Shown in pieces: positions 1-13,569 of a DNA stretch of 64,000 nt (positions are counted from its first letter, which is position 1; each line of letters begins with the position of its first letter). The notes under the pieces were generated by a model. That model worked only from the letters and a program-made list of their open reading frames with translations. It was not told where the DNA came from and searched no databases. This DNA is from Mobula hypostoma (lineage: Eukaryota), in contig NC_086108.1 of the NCBI RefSeq assembly GCF_963921235.1, positions 43,588,001 through 43,652,000 on the forward strand, given 5' to 3'. Made by a program: the position numbers and the translations under genes.

Positions 1-320
1 CTGTGGTGGGAGAGTTTAAGGCCAGAGGATACAGCCTCAGAATAGAGGGGCATCCTTTTTGAATAGAGATGAAGAGGAATTGCTTTAGCCAGAGAGTACT
101 GAATCTGTGGAATTTGTTTGCCACTGGTGGCTGTGGAGGCCAAGTCATTGGGTTTATTTGAGGCAAAGGTTGATAGATTCTTGATTAGACAGGGTATGAA
201 GGGATACAGAGAGAAGGCAGGAGATTGGAACTGAGAGGGAAAATGGATCGGCCATGATGAAATGGTGGAGCAGACTCGATGGGCATATGACCTAGTTCTG
301 CTCCTATATCTTATGGCATG
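1..320 (+). mobile_element. CR1 LINE 3' end
   Basis: Matches the ORF2 C-terminus and 3' UTR of the CR1 at 16876-21146. Confidence 0.8.
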
Positions 321-1044
321 GAGAGAATCATTTCAGCTGAAGGTTGTCTCCTAAGCCAGTGGGGACCTCAGGTGAGGGATATGATGAATCATCTATGTGG
401 TACTTCTGGCCAAAGACGGTTGTAAGTGTTTTAGGCTTCCCTCAGTCTGTTATTTTTGAAGACAGAGCTATTCTTGGAATCTTCTCCTCCCAATATATAT
501 ATATATTTGATATTTTACCATTAACTATGGGATGTAACAGTACCTATGACATGCTACTTCATTCTATGGCACCAGAAATAATCCTTTGTTTGTTCCCTTG
601 CCAGATAGATGCCTCATTTGTTGTCAGGCTTGATTATTCTCTTGACCTGTTTTTCAGTGTTGTTAACTGAAGCAGGGTTGGTCCCTTGTCTTGATGAACA
701 TACTGCAGTTGAGGAAAGACACATTAGGCCATTAAATGGAATAACTCTGTTGCTACCATTGGCTCACATTGCCTCATGGATATGCAGTTTTGTGCTGCTT
801 AGATTCCATCAGGATCGATTTGTATTTGTCACAATCCTTGTGCCACTCAGTTGCTCTTGGTGTGAAGATGGAGTTCTGTTTCCACACAGTAGTGTGGCAA
901 TTATTGATATCAATACAGTCTCTGATTTAAAACACAGATTGATGAGGTAAGACTGGATTGATTTACCCCTCATGTTGGTTCACTCAATACTTGGTCAGTT
1001 CCAGCTGCTCCAGATTATTCTTATTGAACTTAAATATAAATAAG

Positions 1045-1300
1045 ACCATAAGACATAGGAGCAGAATTAGCCATTCAGCCCATTGAGTCTGCTCTGCTAT
1101 TCCATCATGGTTGATCCCAGATCCCACCCAACCCCAAACACCTGCTTTCTCGCCATATCCTTTGATGCCCTGACCGATCAGGAAACGATCAATTTTCGCT
1201 TTAAATGTACTCACAGGCACCACCACAGTCTGTGGCACAGCATTCCACAAAGCCAATACTTTCTGGCTAAAAAAATTCCTCCTTACCTCTGTTCTAAATG
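1045..1300 (-). mobile_element. CR1 LINE 3' end
   Basis: FKAKIDRFLIGQGIKGYGEKAG and the (cttatggt)-type tail. Confidence 0.8.
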
Positions 1301-1302
1301 AT

Positions 1303-1872
1303 TGACCTAGGCAGATTTACAGCTGTGCCATATTCTTTCCATTTCTTGATGATTGACTTATTGTATTCCAAGGGATATTCAGTGACTTGGAAATGTTCTT
1401 GTATCTATCTCCTGACTTGTGCTTTTCACTAACCTTTTCACGGAGTTGCTTGGAGTGTTTTTTTGTCTGCATGGTGTAGTTTTAGCCAGGATGCTGACTC
1501 GCCAACAGTTGGACTTTCCAGATACAGGGGTATTATTACTACAATCAACTGAAACATCTTGACTGCACATAGATGATCTCCATTTAACTAATTATGTGAC
1601 TTGCAAAGCTAATGAGGCTGCACCAGCGATGATTATAGTGTATCATATTAAAGGGAGTGAATACTGATGCAAACAATTATTTCATGTTTCCTATTTGTAA
1701 TCAATTTAGATCACTTTATAGAGATTGGTTTCATTTTGACATGAAAGAGTCTTTTTCTGTTGATCAGTGTCAAAAAAGACAAACTAAATCCACTGTGATT
1801 CATTGTTGTAAAATAACAAAACATGAAAACTTCCAAGGGGGGGGGGGTTGAATACTTTTTTTAGGCATTGTA
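1303..1872. mobile_element. Tc1/mariner-like DNA transposon remnant
   Basis: Ends in gaatacttttttaggcattgTA, a Tc1-type TIR plus TA. The other end is not seen. Confidence 0.55.
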
Positions 1873-2599
1873 AGTGGACAGTATCAAAAGGTAGAAATAC
1901 ATATAATCCCCAGTATCTTTTTAAAACTCATTTCAAGTTCTGCTTGGAAGTGTTTTATGTTCTCATGCTGCTTTGATTCAGCCAGCAGTCTTTGATGTAG
2001 AGAGATACTAAAAATGGTAGTTTCTCCTAAATGACATTTCTTTCCTTTGTTATAACTTTCTAATGGATTTCTGTTTGAGTAATCCTAAAAAAATAATTCT
2101 AGAGAGCAGTGCTGACATACGTGGAACAGGGTTAGTTTTCGGGGTAAATATTTCTATAATGGGTAATTTCACTGAACAGATTTCCTGTACTTTGCAAGGA
2201 AACCAAAACTGAAGTTTTAGACAAAATGTAGCTCTGATAAATCATGAGGTAATTCAGTTCAACATTACACCTACTTTCTTCTATAAACACAAATACTGAT
2301 GAAATTAAGAACTGGGAAGTTCTGGGAACTGTAAAGGAAGTTTTCATGAACAATGAAATTCACAGGGCTCTGGTCTGTCTATGATTTTGTTATATAACCT
2401 TAGTTTGAAAATTATTTTAATATTTCCTGTGTAATTCTCAGTGCAAGTGGATGATATCTAAAGTCAAGAAATTTGTGATAAAGGAGAACCATTTTTGTGA
2501 TAATGATGAAAATTAAAGCTATAGAAGTAGAGAGGTTGTGGCAGTCCCTTTTATGTCCTAATTCTTATATTGTTTAAATAAGAGCTTCTTATCTGAGTA

Positions 2600-4230
2600 G
2601 ACCATAAGAGATATGAGCAGAAATAGCCCATTCGGCCCATCAAGTCTGCTCCACCATATCATCATGGCAGATTCATTTTCCCTCTCAACCCCAATCTCCT
2701 ACATTTCCCCCATAAACTTTCAAGCCCTAACTAATCAAATATCTATCAACCTCCGCCTTAAAAACACCTAATGACCTGGCCTAATCAGCCAGTTGCAGCA
2801 ACAAATTCCACAGGTTCACCACCCTCTTGCTAAAGAAGTTCCTCATCATCTCCATTCTAAATGGATGTCCCTCTATCCTGAGGTTGTGCCCTCTTGTCCT
2901 AGACTCCCCGACTATAGGAAATAGTCTCTCTATATCCATTCGATCTAGGTATTTCAACATTCAATAGGTTTCAATGAAATCCCCCACGTACTTGTAAATT
3001 CCAGTGAGGACAGGCACACAACCATCAAATGCTTCTCATATGATAGCCCTTTCATTCCCCAATTGCTATTGTGAACCTCCTCTGAAACCTCTCCAATGTC
3101 AGCACATCCTTTCTTAGATTAAAAAAAACATGTTTATCTGTATAGCTCTTTTCAAACAAAGGCAGTTCAAAGTGCTATATATAGATATCAAACATCAAAC
3201 ATCAGATTTCAGACAATATATAAGAGAATAAAGTCACACAAAAAATACATATGACAATCAGAATCTACAGTGCAGGAGACTCTAATTAAAAGCTACAGTG
3301 AAAAGTTTTAAGTCTCGATTTAAAAGAGCTTAAAGTTGTGGTGGGCTTCTGTGGTAAACCACATATATATGTTGTAACTGGGTTACCTGTCTGGATGAGC
3401 CCCTCTGCTGATTGCTCCTGTGGCTCCTCCCACAGACCCCTGAATAAAGGCGATCATGCCACTGCTCCTCCCTCAGTCCGGGACAGATACTCAGCATGGT
3501 GGAGGTCACATTTTACTGCTAATAAAAGCCTTTCAGTATTTACTCTACTTTCAGTCTTTTGGAGTTACTGATGGTACATCAGCTTCAGATCCTTTGGAAG
3601 ATTATTCCAGATCCATGGAGCATAATAACTAAAAGCTGCTTCACCATGGTTAGTTTTGAGCCTGGAGACGGTAAGCAGACCTGCCCCGGATGACCTGAGA
3701 GCTCGGAAAGGTTCATAATGCAGCAAGAGATGGGAGATGTATTTTGGCCCTGGACCATTCAGTGCTTTATAAACCAGTAGTAACATTTTAAACTCAATCC
3801 TCTGATGGACAGGAAGCCTATGTAGTAATCTGAGAACTGGAGCGATATATAGGGTCCCAAAACTGCTCATGATACTCCAAGTGACGCCTCACCAGTGCTT
3901 TATAAAGACCCAGCATTGCATCCTTGCTTTTATATTCTAGTCCTCTCAAAGTGAATGCTAACACTGCATTTGCCACCAACTCAGTCTGCAAGTTAACCTT
4001 TAGGGAATCATGCACAAGGACTCCCAGGTCCCTTTGCACCTCTGATTTCTGAATTTTCTCTCTGTTTAGAAGATAATGTACTCTTTTTCTCCTTCGACCA
4101 AAGTGCATGACCATACACTTCCCGACACCATATTCTATTTGCCACTTCTTTGCCCATTCTCCTAATCTGATTCCTTCCTGCTCCCTCAACATTATCTGCC
4201 CCTTCATCTATCTTCGTAATCTGACCATTA
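2600..4230 (-). mobile_element. CR1 3' fragment interrupted by an L2-like LINE 3' end (about 3120-3855)
   Basis: CR1 ORF2 peptide at 3818-4207. L2-type peptide LHRLPVHQRIEFKMLLLVYKALNG...GEAAFSYYAP at 3565-3870. Confidence 0.75.
3350..3581 (+). mobile_element. Solo LTR (232 bp)
   Basis: TG...CA ends, internal AATAAA, exact 5-bp TSD GCTTC (3345-3349 and 3582-3586), inside the L2 fragment. Confidence 0.8.
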
Positions 4231-4589
4231 AACACCCATTTATACTGCAGGTTTTCACAAATAAAAATGGTGGATGCATTTTATGTTTAAGAAAAGCCGT
4301 AACAACTCATTTATTGTACTCCAAAAACAGAACACAAAGCACAGTAAAAACTTTTATGTAATTACACCATCATGTCAGATCAGCCTCCTAAAGTGAACTC
4401 CAACTCAATGTGGGTGATTGCGAATTAAGTATCTTTCCACCAGTGACTTTACCCTACTCAGGCCCCTCCAGAATTCACCAAAACCAGCATTGCGAGCCCA
4501 TCTGGAGCTTGGACAAGCAGCCTGGCTGGGGCTGTATGTTCCATGGGTGGAGTAACAGCAGGAGCCTCCTGGCTCGTTCAGATGTGTGA

Positions 4590-6360
4590 TGACGAAGGGT
4601 CTCGGCCCGAAACGTCGACTGTACCTCTTCCTAGAGATGCTGCCTGGCCTGCTGCGTTCACCAGCAACTTTGATGTGTGTTGCTTGAGATAACAGACCCA
4701 ATCTGGTCCCTTCCACCACCACTCTCCTCTGTCTGGGCGAACAGGTCCTCACTCTCAATAATTTCTCCTTCGGCTCCTCCCACTTCCTCCAAAACAAAGG
4801 TGTAGTCATAGCCACTCACATAGGTCCCAGCTATGCCTGCCTTTTTGTTGCCTATGTGGAACAGTCTATGTTCCGAGCCCATACTGGAATCACTCCCCAA
4901 CTTTTCCTGTGCTACATCAATGACTACATTGGTGCTACTTCCTGCACCTGTGCTGAGTTCATTGATTTCATCAACTTTGCCTCCACCCTCCACCCTGCCC
5001 TCAAATTTACCCGGTCCGTTTCCAACTCCTCCCTGCCCTTTCTCTATTTCTCTGTCTCTATCTCTGGAGACAGTTTGTCTACGGATATCTTTTACAAACC
5101 CATTGATTCTCACAGCTACCTGGACTATACCTCTTCCCACCCTGTCAATTGTAAAAATGCCATCCCCTTCTCTCAATTCCTCCATCTTCACCGCATCTTC
5201 TCTTAGGATGAGGCTTTTCACTCTAGAACATAATAAGATGTCTTTCTTCTTCAAAGAAAGGGGCTTTCCTTCCTCCACCATCGACGCTGTCCTCACCCAC
5301 ATCTCTTCCATTTCACACATGCCTGCCCTCACCCCATCGTCCTGCCACCCCACCAGGGATAGGAATCTTCTTGTCCTCACTTACCACCCCAGCAGCCTCT
5401 GCATCTAGAACATAACTCTGTGTAACTTCCACCATCTCCAAATGATCCCACCACCAAACATATCTTTCCCTCTTCCCAACTTTCCACTTTCTGCAGGGGT
5501 CGCTCCCTATGCGACTCCCTTGTCCATTCGTCCCTCCCCACTGAACTCCCTCCTGGTTTTTATCCTTGCAAGCACCTGTTCCTATACCACCTCCTTCATT
5601 ACCATTCAGGGCCCCAAACAGTCCTTCCAGGTGAGGCAACACTTCACCTGTAAGTCTATTGGTGTCATCTACCACATCCTGTATATCTCCTCTATATCAG
5701 TGAGATCCAATGCAGACTGTGAGACTACTTCGCTGAGTAACTATGCTCCGTTCACCAGAAAAAGCAGGATCTGCCGGTGGCCACCAACTTCAATTCTACT
5801 TCACATTCCCATTCCAACATGTCGGTCCATGGCCTCCTCTACTGCCACAATGAGGCCACACTCAGATCTGAGGAGCAACACTTTATATTCTGTATAGGTA
5901 GCCTCCAACCTGATGGCATGAACATCAATTTGTCGAACTTCTGATAATCTCCCCCCACCCCCCACACCTTCGCTATTCCCCATTCCTGTTTCCCTCTCTT
6001 ACCTGTCCATCACCTCCCTCCGGTGCTCCTCCCACTTCTCTTTCTTCCATGGTCATCTACCCTCTCCTATCAGATTTCCCCTTCTCCAACCCTTTATCTC
6101 TTTCAGCTACCAGCTTCCCAGCTTTTTACTTAACCTATCCCCCTCTCCCAGCTTCACCTATCACCTACCGCCTTGCACTTCTTCCTCCTCTCCCCATGCC
6201 TTTTTGCTCTAGTTTATCTTTCTTTGCAGTCCTGATGAAGGGTCTCAGCCCAAAATGTTAACTGTTTACTCTTATCCATAGATGCTGCCTGGCCTGCTGA
6301 GTTTCTCCAGCATTTTGTGTGTGTGTTGCTTTGGATTTCCAGCATCTGCAGATTTTCTCT
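4590..6360 (+). mobile_element. Penelope-like retroelement, decayed RT and GIY-YIG, with repeated termini
   Basis: LTLNNFSF...GPSYACLF...YINDYIG RT motifs and a GIY-YIG remnant. The terminal motif occurs at both 4590-4685 and 6228-6360. Confidence 0.8.
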
Positions 6361-6361
6361 T

Positions 6362-6590
6362 ACTTGTAACGGCTCTCTGTATACCAACTCAGCCACGGAC
6401 AACTGCAGGTCCTCCTTTGGAGCAGTTCTGAGCCCCGGCAGGACCCACGGGAGACAACCATGCCAACACTTACCTGTCAGGAAATCATCAGAGCAGCCTT
6501 TAAGGAGTGGTGAAACTGCTCGCACAGGATATTGGACTGCTGTTGGTGATAAACTGTGGTGTGACGTAGCCCAGGGGTCCCCAACATGTC
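6362..6590 (-). mobile_element. Gypsy integrase fragment
   Basis: HTTVYHQQSNILCEQFHHSLKAAL and LPWVLPGLRTAPKEDLQLSVAELVY. Confidence 0.7.
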
Positions 6591-6599
6591 TTTTACAGT

Positions 6600-7154
6600 T
6601 AGGGTTGCCAACTTTCTCAATCCCAAATAAGGGACAAAAATAGCAGTCAAATACGGGACTCTTGAATTTACCCTGAGCAAGACTACCATGACCATGAAGC
6701 CTTGCGCGGGCACCTGTGTGCTCATGCGTGACGTGCCGATCTTTTTTCTCTCCTCAAATCGGTTTTGGTTTAATCTTCCCGATTCTGTTAAGTCAAACTA
6801 CACTGTACATACATTATTTCTACTTTATATAGGCTGTGTATTTATCATATCATTCCTGCTTTTACTATATGTTAGTGTTATTTTAGGTTTTATGTGTTAT
6901 TTGGTATGATTTGGTAGGTTATTTTTTGGGTCTGCGAACGCTCAAAAAATTTTCCCATGTAAATTAATGGTAATTGCTTCTTCACTTTACGCCATTTCTG
7001 CTTACGAAAGGTTTCATAGGAACACGCTACCTTAGCGGGGGAAATACGGGACAAGGGCAGTCCCGTATGGGACAAGGGCAGTCCCGTATGGGACAAACCA
7101 ATTTAACCCAATATACGGGATGTCCCGGCAAATACGGGACAGTTGGCACCCCTA
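6600..7154. mobile_element. Non-autonomous hAT-like element
   Basis: TIRs TAGGGTTGCCAACT and AGTTGGCACCCCTA, repeated TACGGGAC subterminal motifs with 22-bp tandem copies at about 7045-7095. No TSD found. Confidence 0.6.
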
Positions 7155-7364
7155 TGTTCAAGTTTACCAGTGCGTGAGAGGGAATGAGGAAAGGTGCAGC
7201 TGACTCATATCGTTTCCTAGCGGCCCGGTAGCACATGTTTTGTGGCCCGGTACCAGTCTGCGGCCCAGTGGTTGGGGACCACTGATGTAGCCTAACGCCA
7301 AGGTTCTGGGCCATCGTAGCCTCCTCCTATTTTTCCTAGCTAAATCTATCATCATAACTTTCTA

Positions 7365-8010
7365 GTTCAAAGTAAATTTCTTATCAAGTTACGTATATGT
7401 CACAATATACCACCTTGAGGTTCATTTTCTTGCAGGAAATAAAGAAATTCAATAGAATTTATGAAAATTATACTTAACCAAGACTGACAAGCATTGAATG
7501 AAAAAAGAGGGCAAATCATGCAAATAATAAGTTTAAAAAAGTTCTGAGTTGTTGAATCCTCAAAAGTGATTCTATAGGTCAGTTCAGCATTGACGTAAGT
7601 GAAGCTGTCCACGTTGGTTCGGGAGCCTGATGGTTGTAGGATAATAATTTTCCTAAACCCAGTGGTGTGGGACTTAAGGCTCCTGCACCTCATGCCCCAT
7701 GGTATTAACGGAAAGAGAGCATGGCCTGGATGAAAGAGATCCATAACGATGGATAGTGCTTTCTTGTGGCAGCATTCCTTGTAAATGTGCTCAGTGCTGG
7801 GGATGGTATTGCCTGTGATGGACTGAGCTGTACCCATCACTTTGTGTAGACTTTTCTGTTCCAGGGCATTGGTACTCCCATACCAAGCTGCGATGCAATC
7901 AGCCAGGAAACTCTCCAGCCTGCAAATGTGGACGTTTTTGTCAAATTTTAGATGACATGCCAAATCTATGCAATCTTCTAAAAAAAATTAGAGGTGCTGT
8001 TTATGCCCTC
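7365..8010 (-). mobile_element. Rex/Babar-like LINE 3' fragment
   Basis: LESFLADCIAAWYG...HPGHALFPLIPWGMRCRSLKSHT. Confidence 0.65.
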
Positions 8011-10258
8011 CTTGCTCACGTACTTTTCCTGACACATTTGGAGTCATTTGGTTCAAGATTTCCCCATGTTTCAAATTCCACATTATCAAAACCTTTTTTG
8101 CTTCCTCTGGATTCCTTGCTTTTTTTTTGTGATTATATGGATAGATCAGTGTTGGGGCAGTGGGATCTAGGAAGGAGAAAAATAAAGGAAGAAGGGGAGG
8201 TTCGAAAAGTGGCAATCATCCTCAGAATTGTGGCTCAAATAAATAGGATGCAGAAACAAAGTCAGGTGGAATATAGACTCAAAGTACAGAAAATATTACA
8301 AAGACAACATGAAAGGTGCTACATCTGTAAGCTCATGCATTTGCGACAAAGTGGATGCATTATGGCACAACTCCAAGTAAAAGGTGATGATACAATTTCT
8401 ATGTGAAATGTGGCTGTGGAGTGATCAAAGCTGAATAGTCAAAGATATTTGACATGTAGGAAAGTCAAAAGTAAAGGAAAAGGAAATTATGTTGCACTAT
8501 TAGTGAGGAATGAGATTAATGAAACTAAAAAGCATAGGTTTATGACAGAGGAAGGAAGAAGAAAAGTACCCTACAGGGTAAATTATTTCCGAGAAAGAGT
8601 AGTTGTTGTCTGGAATGAACTGCCAGAGGAGGTGGCAGAAGTAGTAACAGTAATAACATTTAAGAGGCATGTGGACATTAACTGAAATAAGAAGACAAGG
8701 AGAGAAATGCAATTAATGCAGGCTAATTAGTGTAGTTAGGCGCAATGTCTGGCATGGATGGGTTGGGCTTCAGGGCCTTTGGCCCTGAATCACAATTCTG
8801 TGATTCTATGACTCAATGTAAAAAGAATTTTGCTTCAGAACATAATGACATAAAACTGGAATCAGCTTGGTTGAGCTAAGAAACAGCAAAGGGCAGAAAA
8901 TATTGGCAGCAGTTGTCCATGGGCCACAAAGCAGAAATCAGGAAACTAGAGGACCTTGCATAAAGATTAATATACTAATGACGGGGGAGTTTTAACCTAC
9001 ATAAAGTGTGGACAGGCCAAATTAGTAGTAGTAAGGTGGAGCGCAAATGCATGGGGTGTACATGATTTTGTTTTGTAGACCTACGAGTTGAGGTATCATC
9101 TTGGCAAAAGGTATTTCAGGTCATTCAATATGCAAATTAGTAAGTTGGTAAGTTGGTTACATATACTGAAGTGCAGTGAAAAATGTGACTTGCATACTGT
9201 TCATACAGATCAATTCATTACAGCACTGATGAAGAGTCTCAGCCCAAAACATTGACTGCTTATTCCCCTGCATAGATGCTGCCTGACCTGCTGAGTTCCT
9301 CCACCATTTTGTCTGTTTGCTCTGGATTTCCAGCATCTGCAGAATCTTTTGTGTTTTTAATTCATTACATAGGTAAATGCAGGAGGTTCCTTAACATTGT
9401 CCTAGCTGGGGTGGGAGGGGGGGTAGTGGGAGTAAGCTCCCACTATCTATTAAGTGCTCCCAGACATGTGCATCTCAAATAGCCTCTTAAAAACCAAGTC
9501 CTTCTTCTGCCTTCATGTATGACTTAGCTACTAGGCCCAGTAGAACCATTTCTATTGACAGGAGAAAGGGCAATGGTGGGTTACCAACGTCTTAAAACCA
9601 GCCATTTTGGGCAGATGGGGCTCATCAGCTATAGTTCATCTGGGAAAAGGAAAACTCTGATCTCAAATCTCCACCGCCTTGCTGCTATACCTGTTCATAG
9701 GGAAGGCTTCGGGAGTAAACCCCAAAGAAAATTCTGGAGCTGGAGTCCCTCAGGCAGTCCTGTGTTGAGTTCAATGTTGACTGGCAACTCCTGTGATGCC
9801 GCTGGTGCCAACTGTATTGGTATCAGCAGTTCCTTTGGATTCACCAACTGCATGGAGAGAAGGAGCCTACTGCATGGACAACAAGTTGCTCTCCATTTTG
9901 TACTGCCCTGGCTTGTGTAGACAGCTAGGACACAATGTCCATGGTCAACCCTGATCAACAGAGGACCTACTGCTACAATGGTAAACAAGGTAAGACAATA
10001 ACAGTGCACAGAATGAAGTGTTATAGTGCAGTGCAGGTAGGCAGTATGGTGTAAGATCACAGCAAGGTCGATTGTGAGATCAAAAAATCCATCTGATCTT
10101 ACTAAGAAACCTTCAGTAGTCTTATAACAGTGAGATTGAAGTTGTCCTTGAGTATGGTGGTATTTGCTTTCAGTCTTTGTATCTTCTTCCCAATGGAGGA
10201 GTGGGGAGGAAGGGGGATGGAGAAGAGAGAATGTTCAAGATGGATGGTATCTTTGATT

Positions 10259-11230
10259 AGATAGATAGATATACTTTATTGATCCCGAGGGAAATTGGGG
10301 TTTTGTTACAGCCGCACCAACCAAGAATAGAGCATAAATACAGCAATACAAAAACCACAGACAATCAAACAACAAAATGCAAACTATGCCAGATGGAAAT
10401 AAGTCCAGGACCAGCCTATTGGCTCAGGGTGTCTGACCCTCCATGGGAGGAGCTGCAAAGTTCGATGGCCACAGGCAGGAACAACCTCCCATGATGCCCA
10501 GTGTTGTATCTTGGTGGAATATGGCCGGGGTCCAACAGCAAAAAGTTCAATATCCGGTCTACAAACATGTTCTTCGATCATAATATGACCCGGATTGCAC
10601 CATCCGTTGTTAACCAGAACAGTAAGCACCCAACTCCTTTACGCTTACCGCTGTCAATGCACTTCCAGTCAGCCTGAATGGTCTGGAAGCCGTCCATGGA
10701 AAAGATTTGATCGGGTATGTCCTCGTGCAGCCCCATTCCAGTAAAACACATAACACTGCACTCCCGAAATGTTCTCTGACGCCTGGCTAGCGCCGTGAAC
10801 TCGTCCACTTTATTACCCACCGAACTTCTCTTCTCCATAAGTCTCTGTTGTCTCAACCTGGTCCTCTTTCCTCACCTTTGTGATCCCACTCTGCATCCTC
10901 TGTGTGTTTTCCTCCAGATTTCAGCAGGGGTGTCCGCCGCTCTGCTCGCTAAACCGGCCGGCATAAGCTCAATCAGCTGGTCGCTGGAATAAACAATGCG
11001 ACCATGCTTCTGTCCTGCTAATGAGACGTGTCGGAATGTAACTATTTCCAACGCTAAAAACCCAAATAAAACACTCTCTACCAGCATGTTAGAGATGGTG
11101 CAGCTTCAACGTGTTACTGTGGAAAAAAAAACAAAAAATAATGTAAGTTAAAAAAGTTAGAAGAAAAAAAGTAAAAATACTGATCAGAACGGCTGTAACA
11201 GGCTGCATGCACAACTGGCACATGTGCACT
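10259..11230 (-). mobile_element. Internally deleted Rex/Babar-like LINE
   Basis: 5' part encodes an endonuclease start (GNKVDEFTAL...RECSVMCFT) joined directly to a 3' end with gggatcaataaa and a (tatc)n tail. Confidence 0.65.
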
Positions 11231-11239
11231 ACATTATGC

Positions 11240-12000
11240 TGGCTACATTACAAGGCTACATATAATGGCTACGTTACCAAGGCAGCTAGAAGTATAGACA
11301 GAGTCTATGGAGGGAAGGTGAGGGTCAGGTTGCCATGATGCGTTGAGCTGCGTCCTCAACAACCCTCTGCAGGCTCTTTTGTTATGGAAACAGGAATTGT
11401 CACACCATGCCATGAGGATGCAGCATTGGATTGGAATGGGACTGGGGATGCAGCTTTGTGGGGAAACAGCACTGAGAATAACTGTGGAGGAGGTGTTGCT
11501 GTCTGATTGCGTTCTGTCAGTCAGGAAGTCAAGGATCCAGTTACAATGGAGTCTCAGGCTTAGGAGCTTGGAGATCACAGTTAGCTTTGAATTTTAATAT
11601 TGAAGGCAGAGCTGTAGTCAATAAATAATAGTCTAACATAGATGTCTTTACTGTCCAGGTGCTCCAGAGATGAACACAGGGCCAGGGAGAGGCATCTGCC
11701 ATAGACCTGTTTTGGCGATAGGTGATTTGCAGTGACTTGAAGTTGTCCTGGAAGTTGAAGATGATATGTGTCATGACCAGCCTCTCAAAGCAATTTAAGG
11801 CATGTTACTTTATTGGTAATGATCTTCTTAAAGTAGCTGGGAACCTCAGATTGGATCAGAGAGAGGTTAAAAATGCCATCAAATACCTCCACCAGCTGAT
11901 CAGTGCAGGATCTAAGGAGATGGCCATGGACACCATCCAAGCCAATTGCTTTCCATGGTTTTACTCTCCAGAAAATTGATCTTGCATTCCACAACAATGA
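11240..12000 (-). mobile_element. Decayed Rex/Babar-like RT fragment
   Basis: KAIGLDGVHGHLLRSCTDQLVEVFDGIFNLSL and CNWILDFLTDRTQ. Confidence 0.65.
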
Positions 12001-12139
12001 CTGTGCTTTCAGGTGCATTAGAGGCTGGCAGGGTGGGTGGTCATGTTCTAATTCCCTGAAGTTCCAACATGCATAGACTGAATTAAGATCTTTGGGAAGG
12101 GACCTACCGTTGTGGAAAATGCTGCCTGACTTCTTCTTT

Positions 12140-13290
12140 TGCAGAAGAATATAAGCACCTTAAGGCACTATTGGCCAACAGGAAAGTGTCCATCCATGAA
12201 TGACAGGGAAAAATAAAGGTAGCCAAGGAAGAGGCTTAAAATGTGCCAGGAATACCAGTTAGGCATGATATTCGAAGCATTGTAGAATACTGCAGAGGAG
12301 AACTTAGGAACTAATAAAGATAGGCAAGATAGAACTTGGAAGTATACCCACAAGGATCATAAGGATGGATTGTAAAAGGAAAAAAACTTAGCAAGGATGA
12401 GTGTGGGACCTTTATAAGTAAAGACTGGGGGAATTCATGATTGGAAATAATGAAATTGCTGAGGCACTGAACAATTACTTTGTCTTCATTTTCACACAAG
12501 AGAGCATTAAGTGGCTGTTAGAAATACCACCTGTCTAATGAAAATGAAAAATTGAAGAAAATAAGCATTAATTATAAAATATTGCCAGAGAGGTTGACGT
12601 TACCACAAACCAATAAATCCCAATTACTCAACGCCCTACATCCCTACATTCAGAGATTTAAAAGAGGTGACTATAGAGATATTAAATATTCCTTTTATCA
12701 TCCAAAACTTTATAGCTTCAGGAACAGTTCCAGTGGATGAGAGGATAGGAAATATTTAAGAAGGGATGGAAAGAGAAGTAATGGAACCAGTCACCTGTTT
12801 ACCCCCGTCAGTAATGTAGAAGGTGCTGGAGTATATGGGTCAAGGATGAATGACCAGAAAACTTGGAAAGAATTTAGGCAAGTTTCAAACAGCATGGAAA
12901 ACCATGAAAGCAACCATTATCAGACAGCTGCATAAATTAATGGAAGTAAAGGCAGACAACTCACCAGTTCCCAATGGCCTGCACCAAGGATTTTAAATGG
13001 TGTGGCTGCAGAGATAATGAAACCATTCACTGAGTTCAGGGAAGGTACCAGCAGGCTGGAAAAATCCAGATGCAATTCCATTATTCAAAGAGGGAAGAAA
13101 ACAAACAAAAGGTATTTATTGGTTTGTTGGCTTAACATCAGTTGTCAGCAAAATCCTGCCATATATAATCAAGCAAATAATAGTTTTCTTGAGTTTGGTC
13201 GAGTAGAACAGCTAAGAGGGAAAGGGTAGAAGGAATGTGTAGTATTTGGATTTTCAGAAATCTTCAGCTAAGATCAATGCAGGAGACTGG
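12140..13290 (+). mobile_element. Old decayed CR1 ORF2 fragments
   Basis: Patchy similarity to the CR1 ORF2 copies in this window. Confidence 0.5.
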
Positions 13291-13569
13291 TCATCAAGTC
13301 ATTGCGAATGACCAAAACTGAGCCACAGGGAAGCTGTAACTGTGAAATGTGTCTTTATTCACACAGCAGACCTTCAGAGAGAAAATCTAAGAGTGTCTCA
13401 TTCTCCTAACATGTTTATATCTTTTAAATACAAAGATAACAATAAAATAATTAATTGCTAGGTGATTAAATGATTAGGTAGGTGGCTGTATTCACCTACT
13501 TCAACATTTTACAGAATTACTTGTTTGCAATGGAAACACATTCTAACCAGCAGAACCCTTCGTTTTCAA

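Noticed and set aside
344..980. ORFs 344-670 and 609-950
   Set aside because: No recognisable domains; probably the antisense of an old LINE remnant.
4658..5408. Long ORFs 4658-5380 (-) and 4833-5408 (+) as novel proteins
   Set aside because: They are antisense or off-frame shadows of the Penelope-like RT.
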